Shown one piece after another: positions 18,680 to 28,484 of a DNA stretch of 64,000 nucleotides (the stretch's first letter is position 1; each line of letters opens with the position of its first letter). A model generated the notes under the pieces. That model saw only the letters and a list, made by a program, of their open reading frames with translations. It made no database searches and was not told the origin of the DNA. Source of the DNA: an uncultured Poribacteria bacterium (GTDB taxonomy: Bacteria; Poribacteria; WGA-4E; WGA-3G). The stretch covers positions 1,408,001-1,472,000 of the forward strand of contig CATQHZ020000001.1 of NCBI GenBank assembly GCA_958296135.2, in the 5' to 3' direction. Position numbers and translations under genes: made by a program.

Positions 18680-19160
18680 GTCGCCGTAGCGCGAGGGAAA
18701 ACCCGGCGAGCGCGAATCACCGAGGGTTTCCCTCGCGATCTTAACCTGAACGAAGAACGTCCGCAGCCCCCGGGTTTCGGCCGTTTTCTGATGCGATCGC
18801 TGCATGGCGAGGCACAGGACCTCGCCCTACGGGCTGCGGGGCCGATTTGCTTCTCACTGCCGTAGCGCGAGGGCCCGGCGATCGCGAATCGCCGAGGGTT
18901 TCCCTCGCGATCTCCCGACCTGAGCGAAGAACGTCCGCAGCCCCCGGGTTTCGGCCGTTTTCTGCTGCGATCGATGCATGGCGAGGGACAGGCCCTCGCC
19001 CTACGGTAAAAGGGACGCGCGCCAGCCTGGCGAGGGACAGGCCCTCGCCCTACGGTGCGCGGGGCCGCTTGTAACATGGCGAGGGACAGGCCCTCGCCCT
19101 ACGGTGCGCGGGGCCGCTTGTTGCATGGTGCTCGCCGGACCCTCGCCCTACGGTGCGGGA
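18680..19160. repeat. REP-A cluster
   Basis: Multiple ggcgagggacaggccctcgccctacgg units and inverted copies. Confidence 0.8.
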
Positions 19161-19203
19161 CGCGATTGGTAGTTGAGAAATGGGATGCGAAATAAAAATT
19201 AAC

Positions 19204-19232
19204 TTGCAAAAAAATGCCAAAAATGCGATACT
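19204..19232 (+). promoter_or_regulatory. Sigma70-type promoter for the beta-propeller operon
   Basis: TTGCAA-17 bp-GATACT with TGn extension, in an AT-rich context. Confidence 0.5.
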
Positions 19233-19329
19233 AGTCTCTAGCAAGCTGCTAATTTAAACGTTAGGACGTTTGCATCGTCTTAAAATAATAGATAAACTAC
19301 GATTTGATAGGGAGGAGAAAAATAAAAAT

Positions 19330-20652
19330 TTGAACCAGCACAAACAGATTTGCTATATCTTATGTTTCATCATCGCATTTGGAATAAATGCCGCGCATGC
19401 CGATGAATGGCCTACATGGCGCGGCCCGAATCAAGACGGTACCTCCGCGGAAACGGGGCTCATTTCAACCTGGTCTGCCGAGGGAGAGAATCTGCTCTGG
19501 AAGGCGGATTTTATCGGACGTTCCACGCCGGTTGTGATGAATGGCCGCGTCTACGTCGTCGGGCGCGTCGGGCAAGACATCACGCAACAGGAGCGTTTCG
19601 CCTGCTTTGACGCGAAAACGGGCGAGTTGCTCTGGAACCATCAATTCAACGTCTTCCATACCACTATCTCCTTTAATCGCGTCGGTTGGGCGAGCCCCGC
19701 TGGCGATGTGGAGACAGGAAACGTCTATGTCCATGGCGTTCAAGGGCTGTTTTTCTGTTTTGATAAAGATGGCGAAATCGTCTGGGCGCGTTCACTGACA
19801 GAGGAGTATGGCCGGATCTCTGGCTACGGCGGCCGCATCCATACCCCGATTATCGCGGGAGATTTGGTGGTTATCAGTTATCTGAACTCGAGTTGGGGAG
19901 AACAAGCCGCGACGCGGCACCGCTATTTCGCTTTTGATAAACGCACTGGCGAGCTCGTCTGGGTATCCACGCCCGGCGGCAGACCGCTGGATACTACCTA
20001 CTCGACACCGGTTGTCGCTGAAATTAATGGACAATCCTATATCATTGGCGGCAACGCTGATGGCAGTATCTATGCCATGAAACAGGCGACTGGGGAGAGG
20101 GTATGGGGCTTTAATCTGAGCCTGCGCGGTATTAACACTTCCGTTGTCGTGGATGCGTTTGGCAAAAAGGTTTACGCCTCGCACGGGGAGGAGAATATAG
20201 ATAACACTGCGATGGGGCGCGTTGTCTGCATCGATGCCACCGGCACGGGCGATGTCACCCAAACACACGAAGTGTGGCGGTATGACGGGGTGAACTTCGG
20301 ATATGTGTCGCCTGCGCTGCACGATGGGCGGCTCTATATTGCGGATAACTCGGCGAACTTGTATTGCCTTGATGCCGAGACAGGCGAGTTGAACTGGGAA
20401 CATAGCATCGGCACCGTCGGCAAAGGTTCGCCTGTGTTGGCTGATGGAAAGTTGTATGTGACGGAGGTCAACGGCAAATTCCATATCCTTCGTCCCGGCG
20501 CAGATGCGTGCGAGACGCTGAGCGTCCAACAGTTAAACCGCGATGAGGATGAGAAACACTACGTTGAGATTTACGGTTCACCCGCGATCGCCGATGGACG
20601 TATCTATTTTACCACGGAAGAATACCTCTATTGTATCGGGAGGATGGAATAA
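19330..20652 (+). CDS. Secreted PQQ-binding-like beta-propeller repeat protein
   Basis: TTG start after GGAGGAG; signal peptide ending AAHA-DEWPTWRGP; repeats of type CFDAKTGELLW, SP.L.DG.LY. Confidence 0.85.
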   Translation: MNQHKQICYILCFIIAFGINAAHADEWPTWRGPNQDGTSAETGLISTWSAEGENLLWKADFIGRSTPVVMNGRVYVVGRVGQDITQQERFACFDAKTGELLWNHQFNVFHTTISFNRVGWASPAGDVETGNVYVHGVQGLFFCFDKDGEIVWARSLTEEYGRISGYGGRIHTPIIAGDLVVISYLNSSWGEQAATRHRYFAFDKRTGELVWVSTPGGRPLDTTYSTPVVAEINGQSYIIGGNADGSIYAMKQATGERVWGFNLSLRGINTSVVVDAFGKKVYASHGEENIDNTAMGRVVCIDATGTGDVTQTHEVWRYDGVNFGYVSPALHDGRLYIADNSANLYCLDAETGELNWEHSIGTVGKGSPVLADGKLYVTEVNGKFHILRPGADACETLSVQQLNRDEDEKHYVEIYGSPAIADGRIYFTTEEYLYCIGRME

Positions 20653-21587
20653 TGATGAAAGTTGTTTACAGGCTTGCTGTTCTCCTGATAGCCGTTCTCT
20701 TCTTCGTCGGCTGCGCTAGCAAAGAGGTGCCGCCAAGCCAACCGATGCGAGCGGCGGAGCCTGCGGTTGCTATCCTGCTCGCGCCAGCGGAATCGGTGAC
20801 AGCAGGTGAGGCGGTTCAGCTGCGCGTCATCGGTTTCGATGCGAACGGGAAACGCACCGAGAACGTTGGAGATGTTGCGTGGATGCTTGCCGGCCTCACC
20901 GGTTCTCTCCAGAACGGGCTATTCATTCCCGATGAAAGTGCTGGCGCGCAAGCCGGCACAGTCTCGGCGCAGGCCGAAGAAATGAAGGCGACTGCCCGTC
21001 TGCGCGTTATTCCCGCGCTGCCGTGGGAGGAGGATTTTGAGGCGATTGAACTCGAAAAAATTCCATCTCATTGGATTGGCGCGACGGGGAAGTTTTTTGT
21101 CAGAGAGAGCCCAACTTCCAGTGCGGGCAACAAGGTGCTTGTCAAAACGCCTGTGCAGCGCGGGTTAAACCGTTCCAACGTCTACATCGGCCTGCCGACG
21201 ATGAAGGCCTATACTATCCAGATCGAGCTGATGGGTACGAAAACCAAGCGCAGACTGCCGGACATGGGCTTAATCGCCAATCGCTACACGTTAGATATGC
21301 AGGGGCGACACCAGCGGTTGCAAATCCGTTCGTGGGCATCCGATCTGCGCATGGCGAAGACGATTGACTTTCCGTGGGAGACCGGTGTCTGGTATACGAT
21401 GAAAATGCAGGTAGAGGTAGGTGACGACACGGCAATCATCCGGGGGAAGGTTTGGCGGACTGGGGAGCCTGAGCCTGAAGACTGGACGTTGACTGCCGAA
21501 GACCCGAGGCCGAATCGCGAGGGCAGCCCCGGCATCTACGGCTACTCCCCAACTGAAATCTATTACGATAATTTAAAGGTATGGTGA
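20652..21587 (+). CDS. Lipoprotein with Ig-like and beta-sandwich (lectin/DUF1080-like) domains
   Basis: TAATG overlap with the upstream gene; lipobox LFFVGC; C-terminal GKVW..GEPEPEDW, PGIYG...YYDNLKV. Confidence 0.7.
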   Translation: MMKVVYRLAVLLIAVLFFVGCASKEVPPSQPMRAAEPAVAILLAPAESVTAGEAVQLRVIGFDANGKRTENVGDVAWMLAGLTGSLQNGLFIPDESAGAQAGTVSAQAEEMKATARLRVIPALPWEEDFEAIELEKIPSHWIGATGKFFVRESPTSSAGNKVLVKTPVQRGLNRSNVYIGLPTMKAYTIQIELMGTKTKRRLPDMGLIANRYTLDMQGRHQRLQIRSWASDLRMAKTIDFPWETGVWYTMKMQVEVGDDTAIIRGKVWRTGEPEPEDWTLTAEDPRPNREGSPGIYGYSPTEIYYDNLKVW

Positions 21588-21589
21588 TT

Positions 21590-23137
21590 ATGCAAAAGCA
21601 GAGGTTCGCGCGTGGAACGCGCGCCTACGGAGATAATTGTGTCTCACGCCGCAGGGCGAGGGAATTCTCCTTCGTTTTTTGGCCCTCGCTGGGCCACCTT
21701 GGGATTTTGGCCGTTTTCGTGAGTTTGGCACTTTTCACGGTGGCTTTTAACGCAACCGCCGAGAAGGAAATAGCCTTGTGGGGCGGCACACTCAGCAGGA
21801 ACATGGTATCGGATGAAACGAATTTGCCCGACACGTGGAACCTGGAGACTGGGGAGAATATCAAGTGGACCGCGGAGCTTGGTTCACAGACTTACGCCGG
21901 GCCGCTCATCATCGGCGGCAAAGTCTTCGTCGGCACGAACAACCAAGCGCTGCGCAACCCGAAGTTGACGCGCGACCGTGGTGTTATCATGGCGTTTCGG
22001 GAATCAGATGGCGAATTCTTGTGGCAATCTACACATACGAAACTGCCTTCGGGGCGCGTGAACGATTGGCCCCAACAGGGTGTCTGCTCAACACCGTTTA
22101 TTGAGGGAGACCGGCTCTACTACATTTCCAATCGCTGTGAGGTGGTGTGTATTGATACCGAGGCGTTCCTTGATGGCGAAAACGACGGGCCTTTCACGGA
22201 TGAAACCGAAACGAGTGAGATTGACGCGGACATCATCTGGAGTTACGATATGATGGAGGAGTTGGATGTCTTTCCGCACAATCTCGCCACGTGTTCGCCG
22301 CTCGTCGTGGGAGATTTGCTCTTTTTGGAGACGAGCAACGGCGTTGATGAGGGACATATCCACATTCCGTCACCCGATGCCCCGAGTTTTATCGCGCTCA
22401 ATAAACACACCGGTGAGCTCGTCTGGGAAGATGCCTCTCCCGGTGAAAACATCTTGCACGGACAATGGTCGAATCCTGCTTACGGTGTGCCAAATCGTGG
22501 TACTGTCGGCGTGCCCCAGGTTATCATTCCCGGCGGCGACGGCTGGCTCTATGCCTTTGAGCCGGAGACCGGCAAAATCATCTGGAAGTTTGACTGCAAT
22601 CCGAAAGATGCTGTCTGGGAACTTGGCGGCCGCGGCACGCGCAATAATATCATCTCCACCCCGGTTATCCAGGGGAATTACGTCTACATCGGTGTTGGGC
22701 AAGACCCCGAGCACGGCGAGGGCATAGGCCATCTCTGGTGCATTGACGCGACGCAGACAGGAGACACGACCGGGAGTGCTGTTGTTTGGCACTTCGGTGA
22801 TGAGCAGTTTAACCGCACCATGTCCACCGCAGCGATTGCCGATGGCTTGCTCTATATCTCGGATCTGAGCGGGTTCCTCTACTGCCTTGACGCAAACACC
22901 GGTGACCTCTATTGGAAGCACGATACCTTCGCGGCGATTTGGGGTTCACCTTTCGTTGCAGATGGCAAGGTCTACTTGGGCGATGAGGACGGCGATGTCG
23001 TCATTTTGAAGACAGGTAAAACCAAGCAGGTGCTTTCTGAGCTCAACATGGGCAGCGCGGTTTACACGACACCTGTCGCCAAAGATGGCGTGCTTTACAT
23101 AGCGACTCGGAATATGCTGGTTGCTATATCGGAATAG
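21590..23137 (+). CDS. PQQ-binding-like beta-propeller repeat protein
   Basis: Motifs WGGTLSRNMVS, NIKWTAELGSQTY, CLDANTGDLYW, WGSPFVADGKVY. Start uncertain. Confidence 0.85.
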   Translation: MQKQRFARGTRAYGDNCVSRRRAREFSFVFWPSLGHLGILAVFVSLALFTVAFNATAEKEIALWGGTLSRNMVSDETNLPDTWNLETGENIKWTAELGSQTYAGPLIIGGKVFVGTNNQALRNPKLTRDRGVIMAFRESDGEFLWQSTHTKLPSGRVNDWPQQGVCSTPFIEGDRLYYISNRCEVVCIDTEAFLDGENDGPFTDETETSEIDADIIWSYDMMEELDVFPHNLATCSPLVVGDLLFLETSNGVDEGHIHIPSPDAPSFIALNKHTGELVWEDASPGENILHGQWSNPAYGVPNRGTVGVPQVIIPGGDGWLYAFEPETGKIIWKFDCNPKDAVWELGGRGTRNNIISTPVIQGNYVYIGVGQDPEHGEGIGHLWCIDATQTGDTTGSAVVWHFGDEQFNRTMSTAAIADGLLYISDLSGFLYCLDANTGDLYWKHDTFAAIWGSPFVADGKVYLGDEDGDVVILKTGKTKQVLSELNMGSAVYTTPVAKDGVLYIATRNMLVAISE

Positions 23138-23179
23138 CAGAGATCTTTCAAGTGACTTAACGTACGGAGGGATTATCAG

Positions 23180-23785
23180 ATGGCGTACCGCAGCTTTACC
23201 TTAGCGTCAGCGCGGGAAGCGTTTCAACTTGAAAGGGTTAACACCGAAGGCCTCTTTTCTGGTATCTCCCCGGTGAGTCCGAGTGCACATCTTATAACAG
23301 CGTTGGAGAGAAATGTGTCGTTGGCCGCCGCCATCGGCACGGAGAAAGCGAAGTCAGAACTGATTGTCACCGACGTTCTCGTTGAGCTCCGCGAGCATTT
23401 TGAGCGCCGCATCAGTCTCTTTTCGGGGATTGACTTTAACGTTGATGCCGCAAACGACTTGACCGGGGTGTGTGATTTTGTAGTAAGTCTGTCCTCGTGG
23501 CAATTTGAATTGGAGGCCCCTGTCATTATCCTTGTGGAGGCGAAAAGGGACAATCTGACGGAAGGGTTCGGGCAGTGCGCTGCGGAGATGGTAGCCGCCC
23601 AACGCTTTAACGCGGCAGAAGGAAATGACATTCCCTGCGTCTATGGGGTTGTCACGTCAGGAACAGAGTGGCTTTTCCTCAAATTGGAGGCGCAGAAACT
23701 CCGCATTGACATGGCTGTCTATCCAATTGCGCAGTGCGACAAAATCCTCGGCATCCTCGCGAGCATGGTGGCACAGACAGCATGA
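23180..23785 (+). CDS. Conserved hypothetical protein, PD-(D/E)XK-like fold
   Basis: Motifs GVCDF...LVEAK, GQCAAEMVAAQ, YGVVTSGTEWLFL. Tandem paralogue downstream. Confidence 0.65.
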   Translation: MAYRSFTLASAREAFQLERVNTEGLFSGISPVSPSAHLITALERNVSLAAAIGTEKAKSELIVTDVLVELREHFERRISLFSGIDFNVDAANDLTGVCDFVVSLSSWQFELEAPVIILVEAKRDNLTEGFGQCAAEMVAAQRFNAAEGNDIPCVYGVVTSGTEWLFLKLEAQKLRIDMAVYPIAQCDKILGILASMVAQTA

Positions 23786-24482
23786 GGCTTCGCTAAATCC
23801 ATAGCACCAAGAACCTAGTCATCGACACCGTCGGTGCCGGGTGACGCAGGCAGACCTCCTTGCGCCAGAAACCATTATTGAATGCCTTGCGAATGAGAGA
23901 AAAATGGCGTATAGTAGTTTCACCTTAGACCCAGTGCAAGAAGCGTTTCACTTAGAGGTTATTGATACCGCCAGCATCTTTGCGGGTATCAAACCGATAG
24001 TTCCGAGTGATTTTTTCACGACACTGCTTGAGCGGCATGTTCCATTGGCCATCGCTATCGGCACGGAGAAGGCAAAATCGGAGTTGATTGTTGCCGGTGT
24101 CCTCGCGGAGCTCCGCGAGCAGTTGGACCGGCGCATCAGTTTCTTTTCAGGGATTGATTTCAACGTTGATGCCGATGCGAGTTTGGTTGGTGTGTGTGAT
24201 TTTTTGGTAAGCCTATCGCCGAGGCAATCTTCGCTGAAGGCCCCCGTTATCGTCCTTGTCGAGGCGAAGAGGGACAATCTGACAGGCGGGGTTGGGCAGT
24301 GTGTTGCGGAGATGGTGGCGGCGCAACGCTTTAACGCGAACGCTGGGAATGACATTCCTTGTATTTATGGGGCTCGGTGCAGTGCGTAATAACCTAGACA
24401 TATCGGGTTAAATCCGTCATCCTCTACATCAACTGCATTTTTTATTTGCAGTGTCTCTAAAAATGGGGTATAACGTAGAGAT

Positions 24483-24950
24483 ATGGAAAACATAAGAGTT
24501 AAGATGGGTGAGGCTGCCGAGTGCCTCGGCACCACGAGAGAGACGCTGCGTAGGTGGTCCGATTTTGACGCAGTGTTTTTTGCGAAGGTTTCCAAAAAAC
24601 ACATCTTCGGTTGTTTTTAGTACCAAACAACCTACGTCAAAATCGGCAGAGGAGACAGGCGAATTGCTACCTGCACGGAAAACGAAAGGTGGCACTCGCT
24701 GCGACGCCACAGGTGCCCTGATGGTCTGAAATCCCTCGATGCGCCTCCGATGTGTTATGTCCGCGTCAGTGGTTTCCGCCAGCATAAGCCGATCGAGGCA
24801 CTCACGGCGGCACACAACGCCTCCTTTCGGATTCGGCGTAGTGCTGTTTGTAATAACAAACAGCACGTCTTCGCGCAAGACGTAAACGGCTGGCGCTACG
24901 CCGAATCCGCAAAAGCAAATCGAACTGGAACTCACAGATGGCACTTCTAG
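24483..24950 (+). pseudogene. tnpA: IS607 TnpA (MerR-HTH + serine recombinase) remnant
   Basis: MENIRVKMGEAAECLGTTRETLRRW, then a 91-bp insert, then EETGELLPARKTKGGTR, then a frameshifted CYVRVS (cf. YARVS). 3' end approximate. Confidence 0.8.
24558..24648. repeat. 91-bp MITE-like palindromic insertion
   Basis: Terminal inverted repeats CCGATTTTGACG/CGTCAAAATCGG enclosing two inner hairpins. Confidence 0.8.
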
Positions 24951-26146
24951 CCCACAAGACAGCACTTCAACCGACTCAGGCGCAGCGGCAGCTGCTCAAT
25001 CAGCATTGCGACTTCGCACGGAATGCCTATAATGCAGCACATTCCGATTTCAAAGCAGGTCTCGAAGCAGGCGAATTCCGTTCGGTTTACGATTTGAAGA
25101 AGCTGTTTAATCAACGTAAGCGTGAGGTATTCCCCGACATTTGTGACCTGTCACAAAATGCAGGGAAGAACGCCATTCACAACTTCCATGACGCTATCCA
25201 ACGTTGGAAATCGGGACAGAACCATTTCCCGAAACGGAAGAAGCATAACAGCCGTTCATCGTTTCAGATTGACAACGGCGTGGATAGCGTCAAGGTATCG
25301 TCGGAGGATAGCACACACGTCATCCTCCCGAAAATCGGCAAGATACGTCTCTCTGAGAAACCTCGCTGGACAGGTTCTGTCAGGCGTGCTGTCATTTCAC
25401 GGACAGCTCACAGGTGGTTTATTAGCATGTTATTTGACGTAGACGTACCCGATCCGCCCGATACGTCAGCCCTGCCTGTCGCAGGCTGCGATGTCGGTAT
25501 ATCTGCCCTCGCCACGATGGACGATGGCACGGTTTATGAAAATCCTCGTGCCTTACGCACGCAGGAACGCAAATTGAAACGTCTGAGTCGAAGCCTTTCA
25601 CGCAAGCAATACCGCTCAGGTGGATGGTGGAAGGCGAAGGCATTGCTAGCACGTTTGCTTATGCGAATAACGCATATCCGTAGCGATGCGCATCACCAAG
25701 CAACACATCGCATTCTGCAAGGTATCTCTGCTCTCGGTATAGAAAGCCTCTCCGTCAAAGGTTTGATGAAAAACCGCAAGCTTAGCAAGGCTCTTGCCGA
25801 TGCAAGCCTCGGTGGTTTTCTCGTCAAACTGAAATATAAGGCGGTGCGTCGAGGCATTAGAATTGTTGAGGCTGACAGCTTCTTTCCGTCAACAAAACGG
25901 TGCAGTTCTTGCGGTTATGTTAAGCAGAAGGTGTCGCTATCGGAACGCCATTATCATTGCGGTGTCTGTGGGTTTGAAGCCGACAGAGACGTGAACGCCG
26001 CGATAAATCTGAAGCAGGTCGCTTCCAGCACGGATGAGACCCGAAACGCCGTTGGAGCGTCTGTAACACCTACGGGAGTAGGCTGGATGCGTGGAAGGCG
26101 GAAGATCAAACCGAACCAAGCCCTCATTCATTTTGCAACTGCCTAA
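24938..26146 (+). CDS. tnpB: RNA-guided endonuclease TnpB
   Basis: RuvC-I GCDVG, RuvC-II GIESL, Zn finger CSSC...CGVC, RuvC-III DRDVNAAINL. Confidence 0.92.
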   Translation: MALLAHKTALQPTQAQRQLLNQHCDFARNAYNAAHSDFKAGLEAGEFRSVYDLKKLFNQRKREVFPDICDLSQNAGKNAIHNFHDAIQRWKSGQNHFPKRKKHNSRSSFQIDNGVDSVKVSSEDSTHVILPKIGKIRLSEKPRWTGSVRRAVISRTAHRWFISMLFDVDVPDPPDTSALPVAGCDVGISALATMDDGTVYENPRALRTQERKLKRLSRSLSRKQYRSGGWWKAKALLARLLMRITHIRSDAHHQATHRILQGISALGIESLSVKGLMKNRKLSKALADASLGGFLVKLKYKAVRRGIRIVEADSFFPSTKRCSSCGYVKQKVSLSERHYHCGVCGFEADRDVNAAINLKQVASSTDETRNAVGASVTPTGVGWMRGRRKIKPNQALIHFATA

Positions 26147-26507
26147 CCCACGTTGGACAGATACTTGCACATTTAATGAGATGTGGCTAGGTTTATCAGT
26201 GCGGCTACCACGTCAGGAGTTGATTGGCTCTTCCTGAAATTGGAAGGGCAGAAACTCCATATCGATACGGGAGCCTATACAATTGAACGGTGCGATAGAA
26301 TCCTCGGCATCCTCGCGAGCATGGTGGCACAGACAGCGTGAGGCTTCGCCAAATCCATAGTGCCAAGAACCTAGTCATCGACATCGTCGGTGCCGGGTAA
26401 CGCAGGTAGACATTCTCGCACCGTTAAGCCTATAGAAAACGTGCGTGCGTTGCCTCTCAAAAGGACGCTACCTTCATGCCAATTGAAAGCATTGCGACAT
26501 ACGAAAA

Positions 26508-27596
26508 ATGGACATTTTGAACAGGGAACTCTCTCAAAATATTGCGCAGGCTCAAGCGACACTTGACGCGCATGTCAGGGATATCGTCGACTGGCACTTT
26601 AGCCCGGAGACCGGATGCCCCTTCTGGCTAGAATTCGCCGAGAACCTTGATTTTGACCCGAGGAAAGAAATCGGCGGCTACGCGGACTTGAAACGTCTCG
26701 GGCATTTCCAAGACGAATGGCTGCGCGGCGGCCCCGTGCGGCGTTGGGTGCCGAAGGCTTACGCGAATGAGCCTATTTACGTTTTTGAAACGGGCGGCTC
26801 CACAGGCATCCCGAAGTGTCGGATTAACGTCCGCGATTTTCAAAGGGACTATGAACTCTTTAGTCAAACGTTGTCCGATGAAAGTTTTCCGCCGGGGAGC
26901 GATTTCCTGATGCTCGGGCCAACGGGTCCGAGGCGGTTGCGGCTTGCTGTTGAATATCTCGCCCAACACCGAGGCGGGATATGCTTCTGTGTGGACATGG
27001 ATCCTCGCTGGGTAAACCGTCTTGTTCGGTATGGCAAACATCAGGATTTAGATGACTACAAGAACCACGTTGTTGCGCAGGGGCTCAATGTCCTCAGGGC
27101 GCATGAAAACGTCCAGTGTCTCTTTACCACGCCGAAACTGCTGGAGGCGTTGTGTGAGAAAATTTCCTTGAAAAGGGTGGGCATTAAGGGCATTTTCTGT
27201 GGTGGTACGGAGATGGATGCGCAGTTTCACCGTTTTGCGCGTGAAGAACTTGTGCCGGGCATCGATTTTGTCCCAACCTATGGGAATACGCTGATGGGGC
27301 TCGCCGCGTGCAAACCGTTCGATCTGGCGGACAACTATGCGGTTATCTATTATCCGCCGCAGCCGCGCGCCGTAGCGGAATTGGTGAACCCGGAGAATCC
27401 CGATGAACCTGTCGATTACGGCGAAACCGGGCGCGTGATGCTGACGACGTTGACGAAGGAATTCTTCATGCCGCGCTTTCTTGAACGCGATGAAGCGGAA
27501 CGCGCAAAACCGATTTCGCGTTATCCGTGGGATGGCGTTGAAAACGTGCGTTTGCTCACGGAACTCCAAGAGAGCGTCGTCGTGGGGATTTATTAA
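26508..27596 (+). CDS. EhpF/GriC-like atypical adenylate-forming enzyme (aryl-carboxylate reductase subunit)
   Basis: WHFSPETGCPFWL...LDFDPR and P-loop FETGGSTGIPK resemble the EhpF/GriC N-terminus as recalled; also YGNT and ERD motifs. Confidence 0.75.
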   Translation: MDILNRELSQNIAQAQATLDAHVRDIVDWHFSPETGCPFWLEFAENLDFDPRKEIGGYADLKRLGHFQDEWLRGGPVRRWVPKAYANEPIYVFETGGSTGIPKCRINVRDFQRDYELFSQTLSDESFPPGSDFLMLGPTGPRRLRLAVEYLAQHRGGICFCVDMDPRWVNRLVRYGKHQDLDDYKNHVVAQGLNVLRAHENVQCLFTTPKLLEALCEKISLKRVGIKGIFCGGTEMDAQFHRFAREELVPGIDFVPTYGNTLMGLAACKPFDLADNYAVIYYPPQPRAVAELVNPENPDEPVDYGETGRVMLTTLTKEFFMPRFLERDEAERAKPISRYPWDGVENVRLLTELQESVVVGIY

Positions 27597-27660
27597 AAAC
27601 GATACGATGTCCTTTTCCTTAAAGAGGCAGTAAGGGGCCTTGCGCAAAAGGAGTTGAGTT

Positions 27661-28371
27661 ATGACGACAACAATCGAAAAAGTCTTCCGGTCACCTTATT
27701 CGGTGCCGAATGGGCTGCAGGTTACAGACGAAGGGCTGTGGATTGCCGACCAGATTACCGACAGAGTCGCGCTCGTGGAGATTATTGCGGATGCGGACTA
27801 TACCGTGCCGAAACTCATCCGCGACATTCCGAGTGAATCTTCCAACACCAGTGGGATGGCGTATGGCGAAGGCGCGCTGTGGTTAGCCGCAAATGGGCCC
27901 GGGGAACGCTGGCGCCCTGTCCGAGAGACTGACGCGAAACCCGGCGCAAGCGAGATTTTCAAGGTGCATCCTGCTACCGGCGAAACCCTCGCGCGGTATC
28001 CGATTCCCGATGGCGGCGGCACGCACGGCGTAGAATACGACAACTACGACGAGGGCCATCTCTGGGTGCAAACCCTCAAGAATCGGGAGATCCACAAGGT
28101 GCGGACTTCAGACTGGTCCGTCCAACACACGCTACCGTTGCCTTACGACAGAGGGCACGGCACCGTTCGCGTGGCAGATGGGCTTTGGGTAACCCACACT
28201 TCCGACCGGGTTATCGTTAAACTCGATCTGGCGGATGGCACCATTTTGGATGAGATTCAGGTGCCTGAGACGTATCCTGAACCGCACGGGTTGTCCATCT
28301 ACGGCGACGATTTCCTCTATTGCGATGCCGCCTCCGGGTGGGTAGCAAGGATAAAGGCTTCCACTCTTTGA
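27661..28371 (+). CDS. Small cytoplasmic beta-propeller protein (Vgb-lyase/glutaminyl-cyclase-like)
   Basis: Repeats PNGL..LWIAD, SGMAYGEGALW, HG.....LWV, EPHGL. Confidence 0.55.
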   Translation: MTTTIEKVFRSPYSVPNGLQVTDEGLWIADQITDRVALVEIIADADYTVPKLIRDIPSESSNTSGMAYGEGALWLAANGPGERWRPVRETDAKPGASEIFKVHPATGETLARYPIPDGGGTHGVEYDNYDEGHLWVQTLKNREIHKVRTSDWSVQHTLPLPYDRGHGTVRVADGLWVTHTSDRVIVKLDLADGTILDEIQVPETYPEPHGLSIYGDDFLYCDAASGWVARIKASTL

Positions 28372-28484
28372 AACCGCGTTAGGGGTGCAATGTTTTAGAA
28401 CCAAGAAACGTGTCATTGACAGCATCGATGACAGAGCACCGTGAAATCGCCAGGAACCGTACGCTTTGGGCCAATACGAAAATC

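Larger units (their letters stand above)
24375..26206 (+). mobile_element. IS607-family element (degraded tnpA + intact tnpB)
   Basis: 1.83-kb insertion bounded by GGCT direct repeats (24371-74 and 26203-06). Contains a serine-recombinase remnant and tnpB. Confidence 0.85.
23904..26341 (+). pseudogene. Paralogue of 23180-23785 interrupted by an IS607-containing insertion
   Basis: Reads ...IPCIYGA (to 24374) and resumes at 26207 as TTSGVDWLFLKLEGQKL...ILGILASMVAQTA*, matching the C-terminus of the first copy. Confidence 0.9.

Noticed and set aside
5336-19160. Possible CRISPR array
   Set aside because: Repeats occur in both orientations with irregular, non-unique spacers, and there are no cas genes.
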